The notes beneath the pieces were generated by a model. That model ran no database searches. It saw nothing but the letters and a program-made list of their open reading frames with translations, and was not told the DNA's origin. DNA of 64,000 nucleotides, taken from the IMG/VR virus record IMGVR_UViG_3300025715_000012, positions 83,413 through 147,412 of that record, one strand, 5' to 3'. Numbering within the stretch: position 1 is the first letter of the stretch; the number at the start of each line of letters is the position of its first letter. This document shows, piece after piece, positions 57,949 through 64,000 of this stretch. A program made the translations under genes and the position numbers. The stretch comes from a virus (taxonomy: Duplodnaviria; Caudoviricetes).

Positions 57949-58770
57949 ATGGATTCCAATATCTTAAAATCCCCAGAAGACGCCAGAGACTGGAAATATT
58001 CTGAACTATCAAATATAGACAATTTATCTTTACCAAAAAAACTGGATTTGAGAAAAAAATTAAAACCAGTGAGAAATCAAGGCGGAACCAGATCTTGTGT
58101 GGCTTTTGCCGCCGCTTGTATAAAAGAATACCAAGAATATAAAAATAATGGATTAATGGAATATATGAGCCCGTTATTTATATACAATAATCGATCTAAT
58201 ACTGGAACGACTGGCATGTACTCGAGGGATCTTTTCAGAATATTATCCAATATAGGAGTTGTTGCTGAAAAAGACTATTCAATCAAAAAACATTATAATG
58301 ATATTTCTATACCGAAAGAGTTGTTGGAAAAAGCAGAAAATTTCAAAATAAGCGGGTACGCTAGAATATACACAACAGAAGAATTAAAAATGGCTCTATA
58401 CAAAAATGGTCCTTGTCAAGTGGTCCTACCTGATTATACACCATTTGGCGTTGAATTTTGGAAAAAATATAAAGAAGATCAACCTTTATTGGGTGGGCAC
58501 GATGTGGTTTGTGTTGGATATGATGATGAAAAAAGAAAATTCATATTGAGAAATTCTAAGGGAAAAAATTGGGGAGATCGTGGATATACATATATTGATT
58601 ATGATGAATATGAAAAAGTTATGTGGGAGACATGGACGATAATCGATGATGAATCATCAATAAGAATAAAAGATTATCTATATGAAGATCAATATTTTAA
58701 AAGATTTCTATTATTTTTGAGAAAAATTTTAGGATATATACTTTGGAAAGAAGAATGGATTTATTATTAA
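57949..58770 (+). CDS. Papain-like (C1) cysteine peptidase
   Basis: VRNQG..SCVAFA (catalytic Cys), GGHDV (His), ILRNS.G..WG..GY. Confidence 0.9.
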   Translation: MDSNILKSPEDARDWKYSELSNIDNLSLPKKLDLRKKLKPVRNQGGTRSCVAFAAACIKEYQEYKNNGLMEYMSPLFIYNNRSNTGTTGMYSRDLFRILSNIGVVAEKDYSIKKHYNDISIPKELLEKAENFKISGYARIYTTEELKMALYKNGPCQVVLPDYTPFGVEFWKKYKEDQPLLGGHDVVCVGYDDEKRKFILRNSKGKNWGDRGYTYIDYDEYEKVMWETWTIIDDESSIRIKDYLYEDQYFKRFLLFLRKILGYILWKEEWIYY

Positions 58771-58816
58771 ACTATAAAAGATAATTGTTATATAATTTAA
58801 AAAACACACCATTTCT

Positions 58817-59263
58817 ATGAAAAATATTGAAGAAGATTTCCAGTCAATTGATCGTTCATATCTATCAATATTAAAACATTTATTGAATATTGGAGATGAG
58901 CATCGCATCATATCTTTTATATTGGATTACGATGATTATGATCCACAAGAAGATTATTATATGGAAGAATTAAAAAAATTCGCTATGGAAAATGATATAG
59001 ATTCAATAGAGGAAATGATATTATCAAGTAATGATTATATAGATGAATATAAATTTGATTTAGATTCAGATGATGAAAATTTTGAAGAAGAACTTTATAA
59101 CTCAAAGGGTGGAGCACAACAAGAAAAATATGAAGACGAAATATTATCAGAAGACAATGAAATAGCATCAGAAATAAACGAGTTAAATCTAGATGGTTAT
59201 GATGGTTCTAATGTAAATTTTGAAGATCTAGGTGAAATCACAGAAGACGATTTTGATATTTAA
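58817..59263 (+). CDS. Highly acidic hypothetical protein
   Basis: Asp/Glu-rich 148-aa ORF. Confidence 0.65.
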   Translation: MKNIEEDFQSIDRSYLSILKHLLNIGDEHRIISFILDYDDYDPQEDYYMEELKKFAMENDIDSIEEMILSSNDYIDEYKFDLDSDDENFEEELYNSKGGAQQEKYEDEILSEDNEIASEINELNLDGYDGSNVNFEDLGEITEDDFDI

Positions 59264-59403
59264 ACAATTATGACATTTTCCGTCTTCACTATGTCAGTCG
59301 ATCCTATGCCCCCAAATAAAATAGCTATCGGATAATATATTCCAATCGTATCTGTTTGTAATTCAAAATATTGTATCGATTCAAAAACTATATCTTCTAT
59401 CAT
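59260..59403 (-). CDS. Small protein downstream of the structural genes
   Basis: MIEDIVFESIQYFELQ...FGGIGSTDIVKTENVIIV*. Confidence 0.45.
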   Translation of the reverse strand: MIEDIVFESIQYFELQTDTIGIYYPIAILFGGIGSTDIVKTENVIIV

Positions 59404-59419
59404 AAATAATTTTTATATT

Positions 59420-61540
59420 TTATTGCGTCAATAAAGACCTAACTATTATTCCAGCTGGAAGAGTTGTTGCAGTATATCTTATATAATTTCCAACATTGTC
59501 AGCTGATGATGACCAACTATTCCAATCTGTTCCATTTGTTGAATATTGCCATGTGCCATAAGATGATAAAACAACTGTATCATCTAAAACTAATGAACCT
59601 GTTGAAGCGTTATATAATCTTATTCTTAAATTTGGTATATTACTACCCCATGATGAAGATTGACGATAAGAGAATATTCTACTTGTTACACTGGACTTAT
59701 TAACAGAGGGTGTATAATGTGAATCTGTTGTGGAATCTTCATAAACAACTGATAATGAATATATTCTACTCGGTACACAAAATGTACCGATTGTTTTAAA
59801 TCTAATTTTAAATTGTATTGAATCAGAAGAAGCTAAATTGGTTAAATCACCTTCATTTGTTAATAAAGTCCACGTTCCACTATTGTTATCTATTCCATCT
59901 ACTCTATATAATAAATCGAAATCTTCTGTCGGAACTCCCAAAGTTAAAGAACCTAATTGTCTTGTTGAATTAACATAAACTCTATAAAATTTTATAGCTC
60001 CTTGAGTGTTTAATTTTGGAGTTATAACATATTCACCTGTTTCATCAGCCCAAGTTCTTTGAGCTAATAATGGGAGACAATATATTTGATTTAAAGCTGC
60101 TGTTGTACCACCCCTAGCTATATAAAGATATCCATTTTCCGAATAAAAACTCATTACGGTTGCATTAGTAGTTGGATGAACAGGCGCACCAGAATCAGAA
60201 GAACTTTGATCATATTGTATATCATTAGCTAAAAATATCATATCTAATGGCGTACTACCATTTGTATAATAATCTGAAATATAACATCTATTAGCTGCAG
60301 CACCACCAATAATTAATTTATCAATTATGGATGATCCTTCTACTGATGTGAAAGTGGATGATATAAAAGTATTAGCACCACCGGGTGGTATATCAGTCAT
60401 ACTATCAGATAGATAAGATGTACCACCATTTGTTATTTGATTTATTGGACAGCGATATACTCTTGTTGTAGTACAAAAGAATATTGATGTCACACCACTG
60501 GCCACACCATGATTTAAAGTTGCTATTCTACCATTATTCGTTTGTATAATAGTACCAGTTAGGGCAGATGCAATATTACCAGTTTTGTATAAGAAAGCTG
60601 TTGTAGATTTACCAGCTGCTAAACCAGTTAGAGGTGCTCTCACATTATATTTGAAAAAATTATAACCGTTTGATGAAACAGTGCCATTCATTATATAACA
60701 ATCCTGAGTTGTGAAATCAGCAGAACAATCATCGAGAGATAAACCCCAAGCAGCTGTCATTGTAACAGTACTAGCGTCAGCTAACCAATATAAGGCTTTA
60801 ATATTATCAACCGTAGTCGCCGTTGAAATAGCCGTTCCAGCTGAATTAAAATCACCATAATTTAATCCCTTTATAACAAATAAACCACCGTTAGTTACTG
60901 TAGCGTTTGTTATTGAGTAATAAGCTCTCAATTCTTCTATTACATAAGGTGTCCCTGGCGAAATAGTCCCAGCTGTTGATGTTAATGTTATACCAGTATT
61001 AGAATCTATTGAAGATATCACATACCAAGTAGATATTTGGGTTGGATCTGTGCTTCCAAAACCTATACGAGAACCTGATGCGAATCTTATGTCTGACCAT
61101 GCTGAACCATTTCCAGTGACAGCAGTTGAACTCACACCAACTGTACCTGTTGAATATTTATAATATCCCATTCTAAATCCTCTGGATGTCATATTTCCAC
61201 CCGGTCCAGTAAATGTTACGAAACCTTTCCAACTAAATTCGTTTAGAGATTTATTATATTCAATTAAAACAACTCTTTTTGTTGTTGTTGCTGCGATATC
61301 AGCAAAAAACACCCAATCTATAGTTGAACTCCAAGAATAAACCCAAGGATAAGAACATGAAACTGGTGTTGCTGCCTCCATTGGTCTTGCTACACTTAAT
61401 TTAAAAGGTGATATATATTTATCAGATGGATTTGTACCTGTATATTGTTTTATAAAATTACCAGAACCGATATAGGTTTTTCCTGTATCATATGTTGTTG
61501 TTACACTTCCAGTAAATAAATGTTCTACTACTGATTTCAT
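59420..61540 (-). CDS. Probable virion structural (tail/fibre) protein
   Basis: 706 aa, T/S/G-rich and beta-rich; YSTGTVGVSSTAVTGNG..W fibre-like segment. Confidence 0.7.
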   Translation of the reverse strand: MKSVVEHLFTGSVTTTYDTGKTYIGSGNFIKQYTGTNPSDKYISPFKLSVARPMEAATPVSCSYPWVYSWSSTIDWVFFADIAATTTKRVVLIEYNKSLNEFSWKGFVTFTGPGGNMTSRGFRMGYYKYSTGTVGVSSTAVTGNGSAWSDIRFASGSRIGFGSTDPTQISTWYVISSIDSNTGITLTSTAGTISPGTPYVIEELRAYYSITNATVTNGGLFVIKGLNYGDFNSAGTAISTATTVDNIKALYWLADASTVTMTAAWGLSLDDCSADFTTQDCYIMNGTVSSNGYNFFKYNVRAPLTGLAAGKSTTAFLYKTGNIASALTGTIIQTNNGRIATLNHGVASGVTSIFFCTTTRVYRCPINQITNGGTSYLSDSMTDIPPGGANTFISSTFTSVEGSSIIDKLIIGGAAANRCYISDYYTNGSTPLDMIFLANDIQYDQSSSDSGAPVHPTTNATVMSFYSENGYLYIARGGTTAALNQIYCLPLLAQRTWADETGEYVITPKLNTQGAIKFYRVYVNSTRQLGSLTLGVPTEDFDLLYRVDGIDNNSGTWTLLTNEGDLTNLASSDSIQFKIRFKTIGTFCVPSRIYSLSVVYEDSTTDSHYTPSVNKSSVTSRIFSYRQSSSWGSNIPNLRIRLYNASTGSLVLDDTVVLSSYGTWQYSTNGTDWNSWSSSADNVGNYIRYTATTLPAGIIVRSLLTQ

Positions 61541-61556
61541 AATATTATATATTTTT

Positions 61557-63998
61557 TTATACTCTTTTCAATTTCATAAAAAATGACAATTTTGTTATAT
61601 ATTCTACAGAATTTACATAAAATTCTAATATATCGCCTGCTGAAACATTTATTCCCCAACTAGTTAAAATATCAGAATAATTTTTTATATCATTTGTGAG
61701 AGTTGGATAATTTTCACCTGTTATGCCAGTAAAAATTGGATAATCATTATAATTCGATTTCTTTATATCTATTTGGCAACTTCCAGTTAGACTCGATAAA
61801 ATCATCCAATCTATAATTTCACAATCATAATCAATTTTTTTATAACCTTTTGTACCAGTGGATATTATATTTAAACCATTATCTGATATAAATCCAACTG
61901 TTTCATATAAAGTAGAGCTATTACCGTCTCTACCAGATGAACCACTTGTGCCAGTTATACCTGAAGTTCCTGATGTACCTGAAACACCAGAAGTTCCTGA
62001 TGTACCTGAAACACCAGAAGTTCCTGATGTACCTGAAACACCAGAAGTTCCTGATGTACCTGAAACACCAGAAGTTCCTGATTCTCCAGATGTACCTGAA
62101 GTACCTGATTCCCCAGATGTTCCAGAAGTTCCATCTACGCCTGAAGTACCTGATGTTCCACTATAACCTGAAGTACCTGATTCCCCAGATGTACCTGAAG
62201 CGCCTGATGTTCCACTAGTTCCTGATGCCCCGGATGTACCCGAAGTACCTGATGTTCCACTATTTCCTGATGACCCAGATGTACCAGAAGAACCAGTTCC
62301 TATGGAATAATATGTAGCGACACCAGAAGGATCAAAACCAGCTAGTGTTGAAGAGTCTCCTATATGACCAGAATCCGACCAAGTTAAATTAGATAATCCA
62401 GCGTGATTTGATGAAGACACATTTGTTATTGAAACTTGAGAAGCTTTAGTACCAGTGACGTAACTTATCCCACCTGTGGATATACAACATTTACCATAAT
62501 TTGTTTGTCCATTAGATGTAAAATAAGTTATTCTAGCAAAAATCACGAATTCAGCTGATAGTCCAGCTAAACTGCCCAAATTCAAACCTCTAACATCTTC
62601 TGATTGTGCAGCAACTAGTGAAGTATATGTCACCTGCGGTTGTAACATCAACATCCTATATCTTTGAGAAGCGCTGTCTAAAGTTGCCGGTAGAATTATT
62701 TGATAAACATTATAATATCGATTGTTAACACCGGCTACCATTGTTCCTGCGGTCGAATCATTCACTTGAATATATTGGTTAGCTCCACCAGCTATAAAAG
62801 GTAAAGTAGAACCAGTATTATAAATTGATGTAGAACCTGATATATAGACTGTTGTGTAAGTTCCTTCTGTCCAAGTTGGTACTAAGGTATCTAGATCTTC
62901 ATCTTTAATGTGTGCTGCGTCAAATCCTGGACTATTTGCCGCGTCAGTATATGTATTTTCAGCGTATGTTCCAACAGTTAATCTGCCACCTGAAGTTAAA
63001 TATGTTCCAATTGTATTATGTAATTCATCGTGTGTCTCCCAATTCATTAATTCGTGAGTTTCACGAGCTACAAAAGTTGAGCTTATAGTTGATTTATACG
63101 ATACAGCCGCCACTTGTATGTGAGAAAGCTCCCAAATAATATTTGACCAATTGAAATTTGTTCCATCAATTGAACTTAAAAACCAAACTCCGTATGAGTC
63201 TGAGTGTCCAGTAGATGTCCAAGGAGATGTTAATTGTTTTTTGACACCTCGCCAATAATATGTCAAATCTCCGATTAAAGTTATCGTTCTTCCAGTATAA
63301 TCATAATATATGTTTATGTCACTACCATACAAGAATCCTGTTGGATCTTGAATATCATTATAAACTGTTGGTATAGATATATTATTAATAGTTAATATAT
63401 TATTAGAATATGTTAATCCACTTGATGTGTTGTATTTAGTGGCAGAAGAATCATCTCTGAACAATATCTCAGTATTGTCGCCTATTATAGACAAGAAACC
63501 TGATGAACCGGATGTACCAGATGTACCTGAGTCTCCAGCTGGCCCGACTCCAGAAGTTCCTGATGTACCAGTTTGACCTGATGTTCCTGATGTACCAGTT
63601 TGACCTGATGTTCCTGATGTACCAGTTTGACCTGATGTTCCTGATGTACCAGTTTGACCTGATGTTCCTGATGTACCAGATTCACCTGTTGGTCCAACAC
63701 CAGATGTGCCAGATGTACCTGTTTCACCTGAAGTTCCTGAAGTGCCAGTTTGACCAGATGTACCAGATGTGCCAGTTTGACCAGATGTACCAGAAACACC
63801 TGAGGTTCCTGAAGTGCCAGATTCACCTGTTTCACCTGAGGTTCCAGATGTACCAGAAACACCTGAGGTTCCAGATGTACCAGAAACACCTGAGGTTCCA
63901 GATGTACCAGAAACACCTGAGGTTCCAGATGTACCAGAAACACCTGAGGTTCCAGATGTACCAGAAACACCTGCTGTTCCTGAAGTACCAGATTCACC
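61557..63998 (-). CDS. 5'-truncated fibre-like protein with (G-x-S/T) collagen-like repeats
   Basis: The frame of 61557..63494 stays open to the window end ([15 protein letters not shown]...[12 protein letters not shown]). Confidence 0.85.
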   Translation of the reverse strand, partial: GESGTSGTAGVSGTSGTSGVSGTSGTSGVSGTSGTSGVSGTSGTSGVSGTSGTSGETGESGTSGTSGVSGTSGQTGTSGTSGQTGTSGTSGETGTSGTSGVGPTGESGTSGTSGQTGTSGTSGQTGTSGTSGQTGTSGTSGQTGTSGTSGVGPAGDSGTSGTSGSSGFLSIIGDNTEILFRDDSSATKYNTSSGLTYSNNILTINNISIPTVYNDIQDPTGFLYGSDINIYYDYTGRTITLIGDLTYYWRGVKKQLTSPWTSTGHSDSYGVWFLSSIDGTNFNWSNIIWELSHIQVAAVSYKSTISSTFVARETHELMNWETHDELHNTIGTYLTSGGRLTVGTYAENTYTDAANSPGFDAAHIKDEDLDTLVPTWTEGTYTTVYISGSTSIYNTGSTLPFIAGGANQYIQVNDSTAGTMVAGVNNRYYNVYQIILPATLDSASQRYRMLMLQPQVTYTSLVAAQSEDVRGLNLGSLAGLSAEFVIFARITYFTSNGQTNYGKCCISTGGISYVTGTKASQVSITNVSSSNHAGLSNLTWSDSGHIGDSSTLAGFDPSGVATYYSIGTGSSGTSGSSGNSGTSGTSGTSGASGTSGTSGASGTSGESGTSGYSGTSGTSGVDGTSGTSGESGTSGTSGESGTSGVSGTSGTSGVSGTSGTSGVSGTSGTSGVSGTSGTSGITGTSGSSGRDGNSSTLYETVGFISDNGLNIISTGTKGYKKIDYDCEIIDWMILSSLTGSCQIDIKKSNYNDYPIFTGITGENYPTLTNDIKNYSDILTSWGINVSAGDILEFYVNSVEYITKLSFFMKLKRV
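61925..62300 (-). repeat. GTSGxSGTS coding repeat block 1
   Basis: 9/27-nt periodicity. Confidence 0.9.
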
Positions 63999-64000
63999 TG
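63500..64000 (-). repeat. GTSGxSGTS / GTSGQT coding repeat block 2
   Basis: 27-nt near-perfect tandem repeats. Confidence 0.9.

Noticed and set aside
59281-59313. GGGGGCATAGGATCGAC (minus strand), resembling a tmRNA 5' end
   Set aside because: No matching 3' end; explained as codons FGGIGST of the small ORF 59260..59403
61858-62218. Plus-strand PEVPDV and LKHQKFLMY repeat ORFs
   Set aside because: Antisense shadows of the GTS repeats
63485-63997. Track [21 protein letters not shown]...
   Set aside because: Alternative frame of the GTS repeat; the real frame is continuous with 61557..63494

Overview
Very AT-rich, gene-dense window that reads as part of a large (jumbo-type) tailed dsDNA phage genome with T4-like replication genes (gp41-like helicase, gp61-like primase). 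It uses the standard genetic code. The host is probably Bacteroidota, judged from TAnnTTTG -7 promoter boxes, absent Shine-Dalgarno sites, a Bacteroidota-type PurF and a Gly-resuming tmRNA. Recognisable genes: groEL/groES, purF, guaC, dut, folA, deoC, a class I cytochrome c, M28- and C1-family peptidases, a PolA-like protein, tRNA-Arg(TCT), a tmRNA, LamG-domain proteins and Gly-Thr-Ser repeat fibre proteins. The most striking signal is a window-wide modular peptide-tag system. About 30 small ORFs, many behind a TAATATATA late-type promoter, begin with a T4 internal-protein-like capsid-targeting leader (MKHLKLYE/MKKFxE). Many then carry one of two acidic-aromatic tags: FDFEDLSDEELFG (13 copies) or DDP[W/F]GEE(xWGWEE) (22 copies in 17 ORFs plus one orphan copy in frame behind the purF stop). 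The tags are attached to hypervariable, often SH3/KOW-like cargo domains arranged as tandem cassettes and putative protease-cleaved polyproteins. Other notable items: IS200/IS605-derived non-autonomous elements whose precise excision restores the interrupted ORFs, an atypically short split N-intein on the helicase, an intein in a flavoprotein, and a duplicated ECF-promoter cassette with an anti-sigma-like gene but no sigma gene. All family assignments come from motif recognition by eye, not database searches.
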